Assembly: GCA_010093995.1 (NCBI GenBank)
Contig: ML992513.1
Span: forward strand, 493,203 to 557,202
DNA length: 64,000 nt
Source of the DNA: Elsinoe ampelina
Lineage: Eukaryota
Direction: 5' to 3'
This document shows positions 11,440 to 22,032 of the stretch, in pieces (the stretch's first letter is position 1; every line of letters starts with the position of its first letter). A program made the position numbers and the translations under genes. The notes under the pieces are model-generated. The model was not told the origin of the DNA. It worked only from the letters and a program-made list of their open reading frames with translations, and made no database searches.

Positions 11440-13633
11440 AAGATGGGTCAAGGAAGAGATATGATTGTAGGGATCAGAGCTTGATTCGGCATGGATGTAT
11501 ACACCTAGCTCGCATAGGCGATGGCGCACAAAACTCGACTCTCAATAGATTGTGTTCCTACCTGCCATACATGTGTCCAGAGCCCATCATTAGAACCTTC
11601 ATTCGATCTCAGAGGATGTGCCAGGCAACCTCACGCCGAGGTCCAAGGATATTTGTCTGAAGGATGTGCATGCTTCCACGCCAAACTGCAAGGTATCGGC
11701 TTCGTGATGGCAAAGATGACTTCTCCCGCGTCATGATTGAACCTGTAGTCATTATAGGTGCGCACTAGGTAAGAAGCTGTATCTTGGTTCCTGTCGACTT
11801 CGAGAAGGGCACTAGTCAGTCCATGTGCTGGTAGGATCGCGCACCAATCATTCGTGGAAGTACACTGAACAAGAGCCAAGGCACGGCTGGTGATGAAGGG
11901 CTGCACTTGACATATTGAGAAATGGAATTGGCAGCCGGCTAAGGGCCGTGGCATAAAGTGGACGGAGGCCGTCACCGAGCAATCTACACGCCGCTATCAA
12001 GGCCTTGGTCGTCATGAAATGTATAGCAAAAGCAGCATATGTGACTTGATCATGTTTCTACGAATTTCCCTGCTATACATGCTTGCAATTCGCCTTGCCA
12101 TGGTCAGGAGAAGGAGCAAGGCGCTGGTCTCAGCCAGTTCCTGCTGATCTGAATGCCTCGTCACATCCTTAGGTGGTCGCGACGACCACAGTTTGCTGAG
12201 GAAGGTCCTGTTGGCCGTGGTTGCAGTCGATACCGGAATCTACTATATTAGCAAATGCATCTTTCCAACAAGCCATCCGTCCTTCTCATCACTCATCTCA
12301 TAGTCCAACCCATCATGCGTCTTCGTACTATCTTCAACCACTCTTTACCTCTGCCGAAGCCAGCATCCTGTTGCATCGCGCTGTGCATTCAATCCACCGC
12401 CTTCTTACGCTATCGTTGTCGATCGACGCTCTCCCCGAGTAAGCTTCCCATTGCAGTCTATCAGCACCCACCACTGACATAATCTCAGTCCTTGCTACCT
12501 TCCATCGACTCTTACGAGGCGACTTGCAGCATGTATGATCATCACCGATCATGTCATAACAGGTGGGTCGTCGATGATGATAAAATCCATCCACACTGAA
12601 AAAAAAACACTCTGATCCGGTACTTGGAAATGATGAGGCCATGGTTTTCTGATTCGACACTCACTCAGTCCTCGGGCTGACCCCATACGGGCTTTTATAG
12701 GTCTTCCCTCCGCGATGCCAGTTGTCGTCTCTCCGCTTCCGATCACTCGAAAACTTTCATTCGCGACATCCACGATGCTTTTCGGTTCTGGATTTGTATG
12801 CAGGAGCACTTGGAGATGTTGTGCATACTCGTGGATGATTTGGTTGGTCGGAGGCATTGTGGACAGCCTGGCGGTCGGATCTGACTTCATAGCTGAATGC
12901 AAGGTGCTTTTGAACTTACTCAAATCTGCTGTGCCGTGCTTGGACTTGCTTTGTTGATCGAGCTTGTGCACAACGCTCCTTCTGTTCATGAACTCACTCT
13001 TGGAGGATGTGTGATGACAATGCGTCTTCGAGCTGTCTTGACTAACCTGGGAATAGCTTTCGCCCGGATGAATATTGGACGGTGTGTGCCAATGCTGCAC
13101 GCTGAACGAGGATCGCAATGCCAGACAAAATGCTTCCAGACATCAAGCATCCACAGATGAATGTGAACTCGAAGCATGTGGCCATCTCCAACAGGTCAGT
13201 AAAATGTGAGAGCTTCTTTAATTACGTTTGGGTCGGGAATGGTAGCCGCATCCCGGCCGGTGATGATGGAATACGCATTGTCACGGACGACGACTGCTGC
13301 TCGAGCATTTCGGGACGACGATATGATGCTCGTGATAGAAGAGATTGCAATATTGCCAGTGAGAGAAATGGCGAAAGTTGCGGACCAAGCGATGCTGGAG
13401 ATTTTTACCAGTACATACGTGGCCTACCTTTACGCAGTTGTTGTGTCCCTCGCCTCTGTTGATGCTCGTACCAGCGTGGTTTTACTTCGCGTCGACATTG
13501 CGTTGGTGACTCAGTGAATGACCTCTTCTGCGGCGGTTCATGAAGTTGGTCGCCCATCAAACACGCTTAGTCAGCAGCTTCGACTTCATGCAAGCTTTGC
13601 CCTCGAGCCGCCTCTACACAGCATTCCACAACG

Positions 13634-14105
13634 ATGGCGCAATTCAGAGCGAAGCGGCTCGATTTGGGCGGCTTCGTCAACATCGGTGTGATCCGAGATC
13701 ACACAAAGCGGAAGGTCTTTGAGAAGAACGAGGTCGAAAGGTGCGCATCCAGACTTCGCGCAGCGAGGTGGTGGCCGGCACTGCACGAGGGCGGTATACT
13801 GACATATCGATTGCACAGACAAGCTCTCCGCTATATCGTCCGCAATACCACCCTGCCGCAAAGGACTCGCGCCGTCGCACAGCTCCAATTAACTCAGATG
13901 CACTGCTACACGAGACCGACTCAGATCAGGAACCGATGTATACTAGGCGGGAAGGCAAGAGGTGTGTTTAGGGATTTCAGGTTGGCAAGGGTATGCAATG
14001 ATGCTAGGACAGTTGGCAATCCGACTCTGACATGTTTCACAGTTCCAATTTAGGATGAATGCGCTGGCCGGACAATTACCAGGTGTGAAGAAGGCGTCGT
14101 GGTAG
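13634..14105 (+). CDS. MRP2: Mitochondrial ribosomal protein uS14m; introns 13741-13818, 13991-14042
   Basis: RQALRYIVRNTTLP, TQIRNRCILGGKARGVFRDFRLAR|FQFRMNALAGQLPGVKKASW* (S14 signature). Confidence 0.93.
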
Positions 14106-14222
14106 AACAAGCACGAGTCGGGATGGGATGCATTTGTACAATACAAGGACACAATTCAAAGACGTAACGACCATGTATTCCTCTTCTGGGGTATCATATC
14201 TCCCGCTCACTTCCGAGGCCAA

Positions 14223-15086
14223 CTACCTCCCCTTCTGCATCATGGCCGCTCTAGCAGGATGCATCCCCTCCGCCGCATCCACCACCTCCACCTCCCCACC
14301 GCCCCCCTCCTGCTTCCCTCTCCCCTTCCCATCCCCTGGCCCCTTCCCCTTCCTCTCCTTCCTCGCCTCCTGCTTCGCCAACGCCTCCGCTCTCCTCTTC
14401 CTCTGCTCCTCCAACCTCACATTCTTCTCCTCCAACTTCTGCTTCCTCCCCTCCCCCTTGCCCCCTCCGCCCGCCGTCAACTCCACATTGATCCTCCGCT
14501 TCTTCTCCCCCGCCTTGCCGCTGTCGAACATGGAATGGTGGTAGAGTTTCAGACAGGTCTTCATGCGGTCGAAGGACGCGAATTCGAGGAAGGCAAAGCC
14601 TTTGCTTTTCCCGGTTTTGGGGTCGGTGCGGTGTCGGATGGACGAGGGGGTGATGGATTTGAAGTGCGTTTCGAGGGCGGCGGTGGTGGTGCTGTAGGGG
14701 AGGTTGCCGATGAAGACTATGAAGCGTTGTTTGCTTGGGGGTGCAGCTTCGGGATCGGGAGCAGTGGTTGGGTCGGTGGTGTCGTTTGCTGGTGGGGTGG
14801 GGTCGGTCTTTCGCTTCTTGGAGGGCTTGGGTGGTTGTGCGGGCTCTTGTGTCTCGTCGGAGGTTGACTTTCGTTTCGAACTCTTCTTTTTCTTGGGTGG
14901 TGCGGTTGCCTTGTCTGCGTCGTCTACTATGACTGGTGCGTAGGCCTCGTCGGCGGCGGTCTGGGGGGTGTCGGCATTCTCTTCCGCCGCATCGTCGTCT
15001 CGCTTGCGTTTCTTGCTCTTTTTGAATCGTTCCTCTGATCTTTTGGCCTTTTTAGCTTTGCTGCTCAAGATCTCCGCTTCCGACAT
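14223..15086 (-). CDS. NOP6: Nucleolar RRM protein, Nop6-like
   Basis: Lys-rich N-terminus; RRM RFIVFIGNLPY..KSKGFAFLEF..RRINVELTAGGGG; C-terminal MHPARAAM. Confidence 0.85.
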   Translation of the reverse strand: MSEAEILSSKAKKAKRSEERFKKSKKRKRDDDAAEENADTPQTAADEAYAPVIVDDADKATAPPKKKKSSKRKSTSDETQEPAQPPKPSKKRKTDPTPPANDTTDPTTAPDPEAAPPSKQRFIVFIGNLPYSTTTAALETHFKSITPSSIRHRTDPKTGKSKGFAFLEFASFDRMKTCLKLYHHSMFDSGKAGEKKRRINVELTAGGGGKGEGRKQKLEEKNVRLEEQRKRRAEALAKQEARKERKGKGPGDGKGRGKQEGGGGEVEVVDAAEGMHPARAAMMQKGR

Positions 15087-15272
15087 GGCGAATTGTGTCA
15101 GTCGTCTTTTCGATAAGTTTATGAAAGTCGAGATCCGCATCCGTCTCTGAAATCTGCTCCGCCCAAAATTTCTGCATGACTCGCCGAATTTCACATGACG
15201 AGTGAGGTGAACATTTGCGTTCATTCTCCTCTCATCTACCATCTTCTCATTCTAACAAACGGAAACGACACC

Positions 15273-16022
15273 ATGGCTGCTGACACAGATTCGAGCCATA
15301 TCTCAACGCTGCTCAACAATCTGTCTTCGCACGTCGATACGACGTCCCAAGCCCTACAGCCCCTCCTCTCGAAACCTCTCAGCAGCACAGCTAGCAAACT
15401 TCCACTCCTCGACAAAGCCAAGCTCTACATTCACGTCGCCTATGCGATTGAGTCATTACTCTTCTCTCAGTTTCAGCTCAGTGGGGTGGAAGCCAAGTCA
15501 CATCCGATCTTCGCGGAGCTCAAGCGAGTGCGGAGCTATTTCGAGAAGATCAAGCATGCGGAGGGGCAAGGCGGGCCGAGTATGAAGCTGGACAAGGGTG
15601 CGGCAGGGAGAATGATCAAGGCGGGACTTGCTGGGAATGACCGGAAAGACCGAGAGGATGCACAAGACCAGCAAGGTATTAAGAGGAAGGCGCAGGAACA
15701 GGAATTGGTGGAACGGTACTCAAAAGGGAACAGATTTGGCGCTGCAGGGAAGAGGATGAAAGAAGACGAGGCAGAAGGACGAGAGGAGATGATTGAGGGG
15801 GAGGGTGGGGAGAGAGATGAGACGACGAGACAAGCAAGCAGCAAGAAGAGCAGAGCAGAGAAGAGCGGCACGAAGGAGAACAGGTCTGCCAGCGACAAGC
15901 ATAGCCGAAGGACGAAGCATTCGCATGCTCCGAATGATGCGCATGGGGCATTCCAGAAGCTGCTCGGAAAGTCGAAGGACTCGACTGGTGAAAGCGGGAA
16001 GAAGAAGAAGCACAAGGGCTAG
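15273..16022 (+). CDS. Exosome-associated Sas10/Utp3/C1D family protein (Rrp47/Lrp1-like)
   Basis: LPLLDKAKLYIHVAYAIESLLFS..HPIFAELKRVRSYFEKIK, LDKGAAGRMIKAGL, and a Lys-rich tail. Confidence 0.88.
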   Translation: MAADTDSSHISTLLNNLSSHVDTTSQALQPLLSKPLSSTASKLPLLDKAKLYIHVAYAIESLLFSQFQLSGVEAKSHPIFAELKRVRSYFEKIKHAEGQGGPSMKLDKGAAGRMIKAGLAGNDRKDREDAQDQQGIKRKAQEQELVERYSKGNRFGAAGKRMKEDEAEGREEMIEGEGGERDETTRQASSKKSRAEKSGTKENRSASDKHSRRTKHSHAPNDAHGAFQKLLGKSKDSTGESGKKKKHKG

Positions 16023-16889
16023 AGATGATGTTCCAAATCTCTGTACGACGAGTGATGTCGTGGTGAAGATGCATGGCTCTTGATCCGCACTGGACAGCGC
16101 GTCAGTCATGTGGGCGCATGTAGCGAGATGCTTTGGGTGGCGTTTGACGATTGAGTGGTCTCGAGTACGATGCCACTTTGTTAGATGCTTTTTCACGATG
16201 ACAGCGCATGATACCCTGATAGTTGGCACAGTCATTCGATAGCACGCTGTCCACAAGAACTCCCAGAAGACACATTCCCATTATCATTGGCTCTCCTCTA
16301 GCAAAAAAGTTCCCAAAAGCATGACTCGCCACCTTCCTCATCGACCAATAGGGAGCAATCTTCAGGGTCTTTTCGGCCATCCTTCCCGTCGCGCCAGACC
16401 GCAGGCTTGAGGCATCACGACCTACCTTCCCACTCTGTGTCTCATCTTGATACATTTACAGTCGTGCTGCCCCTGCCCCCCAGCTCTCGGATCTCGCATC
16501 AATTCATCAACATCAGATCCACGACAAACGTTCATCTCTCTTCGGCACTTGCGGTTGTCTCACCGATCGCTCACCTCACCACGCACCCGTTGAGCTAGCC
16601 CGTCCGCATCGGTAGCTTCCGCTACCAGTAAACGGCCTATCTCCAGCCTCTTACTCTGCTGTTCGGCTTGAGTCCCACTCGCAATCCACACGAGGTCATC
16701 GCTGTACCTGCATTTCGTATTCGACATCGCCAGCCTTTGCGCCGCTTCCTGCAAGGTACCAAACGACAGCTCAACCGATCAGCCAAGACCAATCGCCTCG
16801 GTCGCTCCTCGAACAAGTACCAGGTCAAAAGACCTCGATAAGAGAGTGCCAAACGAGCATCACTCAGGAAGAGCAAAGACGAGCACACA

Positions 16890-17759
16890 ATGGCGGCACA
16901 GCAAGCGACACAATCGCTCAAGGTACGGCAAAGATGTAAATAGGGGCAAACATGTGATGGGCGCTGACCGGACAATCAGTGTGTGGTAACAGGCGACGGT
17001 GCTGTCGGCAAAGTAAGCAATCCATTTCGCGCATTGCTTCGATCCATTGTTGACTCTTTCAGACATGTTTGCTCATCTCGTACACGACGAATGCGTTCCC
17101 CGGCGAGTACATTCCGACAGTGTAGGTGGCACAACAAGACCAGGGGGAAAGAGGCGACTCTGACAAGATTTACAGATTCGATAACTACTCGGCGAGCGTG
17201 ATGGTAGATGGCAAGCCAATTTCCCTCGGTCTATGGGATACTGCCGGTCAAGAAGATTACGACAGATTGCGACCACTTTCATACCCCCAGACCGACGTTT
17301 TCTTGATCTGCTTCTCGATAGTATCTCCACCATCATTCGACAACGTAAAAGCAAAGGTGCGCAACCCTGGAAATGCGCAATATCTAGGAGAGCGCTGACG
17401 AGTACATAGTGGTATCCCGAGATCGAACATCACGCACCCAACGTACCGATCATCTTAGTCGGTACCAAGCTGGATTTGAGAGACGACGAGCAGACCAAGG
17501 AGTCGCTGCGGCAGAAGAAGATGGCGCCGATACAATACGAGCAGGCTGTATCATTGGCGAAAGAGATTAAGGCGCACAAGTACATGGAGTGCTCGGCCCT
17601 GACCCAGCGGAATCTCAAATCCGTGTTTGACGAGGCAATTCGGTATGCTTGCTCACGATCTTAGTCTTGCAGCGCGGATATTCTAACACATCTCGTAGTG
17701 CGGTACTCTCACCTCGACCCTTAGCCAAGTCCAAGAAGTCGAAGTGCACGATCCTATAA
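16890..17759 (+). CDS. RAC1: Rac-family small GTPase; introns 16923-16979, 17013-17062, 17122-17175, 17357-17409, 17643-17698
   Basis: Spliced sequence [72 protein letters not shown], ending in polybasic KSKKSK plus CAAX CTIL*. Confidence 0.97.
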
Positions 17760-18330
17760 GCACATTCAGATGCGGCACATTACCTCTTGTATGACTTTCT
17801 CTCAACATCAGACACAGAAGATACCCACTTCCACGTCCCAATCTCTAATAAGACGCATCATACCACATAACCGACCAGCCAAACTTTCTCACATTGGCCC
17901 CCTTCCCATCGCAGGCACACTTGCGCCACAAATTCAAAGCCCGCCTCACGCTCGGGCCAGCTTTTTCCTTCGTACTTGATCAATATATATGGTGCATAGC
18001 GGCGTTGCTATTCCTTCCTTCTCGCACTTTCGACCCAGCCCGCGCATTCTCATTCAGAGCACTTCTACTACTACTGCGCGATTACAGGCCTGGGGCTGTG
18101 AAGCTTTCACTGGCGAGGGCAATCATTGACAACTCTCCGACCGCAATGTAGTGGGCTATGGCGAGGACCACCGGCGAAGCGCAACGAGAGATATGCTTGT
18201 AGATAGAGTGAATCGATTACGGTATATTTTCACACGTGTACCCGACAAGAGCGTGAGATGTTGCTGTGCAATCTAACGCGAAGACATGCAACAGGCAGAA
18301 CATGTCGCTGCATGAACGCTGATACGACGC

Positions 18331-18368
18331 TCGACACAATACTGTATGGTCGACACAATACTGCATGG
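18331..18368. repeat. Tandem duplication of a 19-bp unit (TCGACACAATACTGYATGG x2)
   Basis: Direct reading; one mismatch between the copies. Confidence 0.8.
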
Positions 18369-19075
18369 TCCCAAAATTAGGCCAGGGCATTAGCCCTCAG
18401 GCCAGGGCACGAGCGGATTACGTAACCCACCTCGCTCTCCGACTAGGCGTCTTCAAATTGAAAGAGGGACTTGTCAACATAAATGCACTCGAACTCATGT
18501 TTCATCTTGTTATTGATTGCGAAGGTACTATGGACCTATGCTGAGCTGATCATCATGTGATTGCTGTCTGCGCTTGCAAATGCAAAGCGGGAGAAAGTCC
18601 GCTGGGTGAGCTTGAGTGCTCGTTGAAAGAGTGGTGGTACAGTGCTGAGAATGTGAACTCGATGCTGGAAGTGAGCTGTGTTATATGAACTGTGGGAGTT
18701 GTGCTTGGTAGGGCTTCGCTGATACGTCGATGTGCTGCCTGGGTGGCGGAACAACGGTGAGTTCGGGGTTGTCATCGCGGGCCTCGAGTCGTGCTCATGC
18801 CAGTGTAGAAATCTCTCGAGTCAAGGGTGATCGAAGTTCTCTATTGGCTTGTGACAGGCTGGCTTCAGTGCTTGGGATCATCTTCCGTGGTCTGTTCCGC
18901 GTTGTCTGAGAGCATATAGTTCTCGATCTTCAGACTGCCCTTCTCAATCCTCTTGAGACCAGCGAGCGCGAGATGGTTAGTCTTGCTTTTGGGGATGTCG
19001 CCGAGCAGTCTCTCCAAGCGCATCTCTTCCAATTCTGCGGCCCTGTCAGTACTATCATTATTTGCGCAAGCAGCT

Positions 19076-19954
19076 TCACTTACCCATCCAGATAGACACC
19101 CTTTGAATAGTCCTGTGGAACTTGAGAGTTGGGAAGACGATCTTGACACGGAATGGACACTCGAGACGGCTCCAGGCTTTCAAAAACTCATCAACTTCGA
19201 CCCAGCGAGCTTCGTCTGGTAGGATGTCCTCATAGTACCATGGGATCCCATGCAGGCGGAACGTAAGTGACTTCAGGTCCTTGCCCATTTTCATACCTGC
19301 GAAGAACTTCTGGAAAACCTTTGACAGTTCGTTACGCCCAGCGTGAAGAGTGACGTCCAAATGGTCGACATTGTTCCTCAAAGGCTTAGGGAGCTGTGCG
19401 CTTTCGGACTTCGCTTTGACATAAGCACTCGATGCTGTGATGTCAAATACCGGCGAGATCTTGAAGGGCGCAACCATCTGGACGTACGACCACACACTTC
19501 CGCATGTCATGGCCAGATTCACAATGTCGCTGGGACACTCATGAGAAAAGTCTGCTCTTGCTGCCCAACCACCCTTGCTTTGGAAGACAACCTTGGCTTT
19601 GAACATGTTGTCGGGATTTCTCTCTGTTCCCGCAGCTTTGGAGAGATGGTCGTAGTTTGAATGCTTCTTTCGATCCTCCTTCAGGATTTCCTTGTAATTG
19701 GAGAGCCGCCATGCACATCCGTTGAGCATGGCGTCGTAGTCGGGACCTTCGGTGAGGCCCTTCATCACCAGATCCATCACCTCGACAGGCGTCTCAACGA
19801 TCATGCATCGCTTTTCTGCCTTCTTCCTTCCGCGCTTGGCTGGAGCTTTGGTGCTGCCCTTGTCCTGCTTGCTGACCCTGGTAGTTTTGGTCTTGTTGGG
19901 CTTGAGAATCTCGGTTGCAGCCTTGAAATTGTTGTCAGAGATAGTGGGTGCCAT
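19076..19954 (-). CDS. Hypothetical protein with a degenerate F-box-like motif; 3' end uncertain (may extend to ~18865)
   Basis: ORF MAPTISDNN.. with basic KRGRKK, RCMIVETPVEVMDLVMKGL and later DIVNLAMTCGSVW. A GTAAGT donor near 19082 suggests a further exon. Confidence 0.6.
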   Translation of the reverse strand: MAPTISDNNFKAATEILKPNKTKTTRVSKQDKGSTKAPAKRGRKKAEKRCMIVETPVEVMDLVMKGLTEGPDYDAMLNGCAWRLSNYKEILKEDRKKHSNYDHLSKAAGTERNPDNMFKAKVVFQSKGGWAARADFSHECPSDIVNLAMTCGSVWSYVQMVAPFKISPVFDITASSAYVKAKSESAQLPKPLRNNVDHLDVTLHAGRNELSKVFQKFFAGMKMGKDLKSLTFRLHGIPWYYEDILPDEARWVEVDEFLKAWSRLECPFRVKIVFPTLKFHRTIQRVSIWMGK

Positions 19955-20653
19955 TTCCGTGAGCTGATGCTGCTCTGCCAAAGTGGTGGAGAGGGTCGAA
20001 AAAATTGAGAGGTAGACGACCAAGGGTAGGTGTGAGAGAATGCCAGTGAGTTGGAGATGAGATTGTCTTCTGTCAGAAGGCGAAGGAAAGTCAGCCAGAC
20101 CTCTCGATGTGACCGGAGATGAGATGATGTCGAGCGAGATAGCTCAAGCTCATCCGGTGAATGAAAGAAGTATCAGGTGTAGCAAATGATTGAAATGCTG
20201 GACGTAAGAGGCTGTCTTATCGTCAATTATTGCAGGTGAAAGGAGATGAAGGAGTTCATTGCCAGAGATGTGTATGTCAAGTGGGATATGGCTCCTGCAC
20301 CGAACGAAGGGAGGCAAAGAAAAGATGACGAAAAGATGAAGGTTGACTGGTTATCGATGTCTCATGCATGCGCATCAGGCGATGCTACAAAGTCATGAAG
20401 CATACTGTCTAATAGCTACCCTAGTATCCGCAGCCTTCGCCCATTCATTTGAGGCCACACAGCGATTCCGATCTCGCCAGGAATGAAGACCGCTCCCTCA
20501 ATGCCGGGACGAATCAAATGCCGATAATGCCCACGCTCTGACCTGTACGCATGAGCTGCGTGAGATGTGTCATCCGGTCGAATAGCGCAGTTTGTTCTTC
20601 TGGCTTTAGTATGTTCCTGAGCGTGATACGTTGCTTTTCTGCATCTGCATGTG

Positions 20654-21544
20654 TCAGTTCACAAGTTTAGGTACTCGACACAACCGATACTTACCAAAAA
20701 TCTTGATCATGGTGTCGATGAAACGATCGGGCACGAAACGAATCACCTCGAAGATGATGTGGCAGCTACACAGAAGGCTCTTCCAGGTGTCCAGAAAGTA
20801 TGTAACTTGATCCTTGAAAGCATCACCAGACATGTGCCCATCGTAAAGCTGGAGATAAATATGGAAACTCTGAAGCCTCGCACCAAGTTCGAGATCAGCC
20901 ATGAGGTAATGGAAGGTCTTGCCGAAGCCAGGTCCAGCAAAGATGACAACCTGAAGACATTGAAGTACGTTACCAAGGCCCCCGGGAAGGATGCGTTTCG
21001 CGATTGTAGCGCGCTGGAATGTCAGGGTGGCTTCCGTCTCCAGCCTCACTACTGCATTAATGAGACCCAAAGTAGTCAGTTCGTCCCGGAAGAAATTGCA
21101 GGATGCGGCAAGTAGAAGAAAATGGTGCTTGCGCATCGTCTCGCTTGAACTGTGCTTGCTCGTGGAGGCATGGATGCTATTGACCCAGCCAAATGTGCGT
21201 CCAACCATCTCGACCCACCCCTCGCCGCTGGGGTATCGAAAATACACGTTGTTGGTATTTGTGGTCTTGAGGCAGTCGTAAATCATCATCCTAACCTCGG
21301 GGGGAAGGTCCAGCAGGTAACACTTCCTGGCCTCTCCATCAAAACGACGGCGGATACCGCTGTCTCGAAGGGACCCGGAGACTGATGGGACAGTCACGGT
21401 ATCGTCTTCGATGTCTCGAGTGAAGATGGGCCAGGCCGGATTGAGTGTCATTGTGGTTGGAGGTTGTGGGTTTGCGGATGCCTGACCGGGATTGCTCGTC
21501 GGACTGCTCGTCTTCTTCGTTGCTTTCTTACGCTTGGGAGGCAT
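20654..21544 (-). CDS. F-box-like hypothetical protein (LLDLPPEVRxxIY family)
   Basis: MPPKRKK start, KCYLLDLPPEVRMMIYDCL and LLLAASCNFFRDE; open ORF of ~296 codons. Confidence 0.7.
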   Translation of the reverse strand: MPPKRKKATKKTSSPTSNPGQASANPQPPTTMTLNPAWPIFTRDIEDDTVTVPSVSGSLRDSGIRRRFDGEARKCYLLDLPPEVRMMIYDCLKTTNTNNVYFRYPSGEGWVEMVGRTFGWVNSIHASTSKHSSSETMRKHHFLLLAASCNFFRDELTTLGLINAVVRLETEATLTFQRATIAKRILPGGLGNVLQCLQVVIFAGPGFGKTFHYLMADLELGARLQSFHIYLQLYDGHMSGDAFKDQVTYFLDTWKSLLCSCHIIFEVIRFVPDRFIDTMIKIFGKYRLCRVPKLVN

Positions 21545-22032
21545 GATGAGGAATGCGTCTGCTTCCGATATGGAATATGTGTGACCGATAGGTCCTGGAT
21601 GTCTGTTAGCGTCAGGTGCGGGAAGAATATTCAACGTCGCTGACCCACTGGATGCTTCGTGTTATTAGAGATATCTCACGAGCTCATTGAGCTTCCATCG
21701 GGCAAGATCAAAGCGTTGGAAGTGGATGGGTTGGAAGAGTGATTGGGTCGAGATGCTGAGTGTGACAATCTTTGTTGAAATCGATGGACGGGGAGGCAGA
21801 CGCGACCGAACTTGTCGCGAAGCCGGATTGCAAGTGGCGGAATAGAAAAGCGGAAGGCACGACTTCATCACCTCCGAAGCACAGTGAGCCCGTTTCTATT
21901 GGAGAGAATCAGGACAGCATCGCCGGCCACCTTTCACTTGTCAGACCTCACTTCAATTGCTCTTTGTCCAAGGCTAGAGAGAAGCACACCTACTTGGTAT
22001 TTCCGACACCTCGAGCAACATCTTTCATGTCT

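Noticed and set aside
11600..13520. Short ORFs on both strands (e.g. 12549-13118, 13206-13517) as a gene or decayed gene
   Set aside because: No recognisable motif or consistent splice model; could be a relic but is unsupported.
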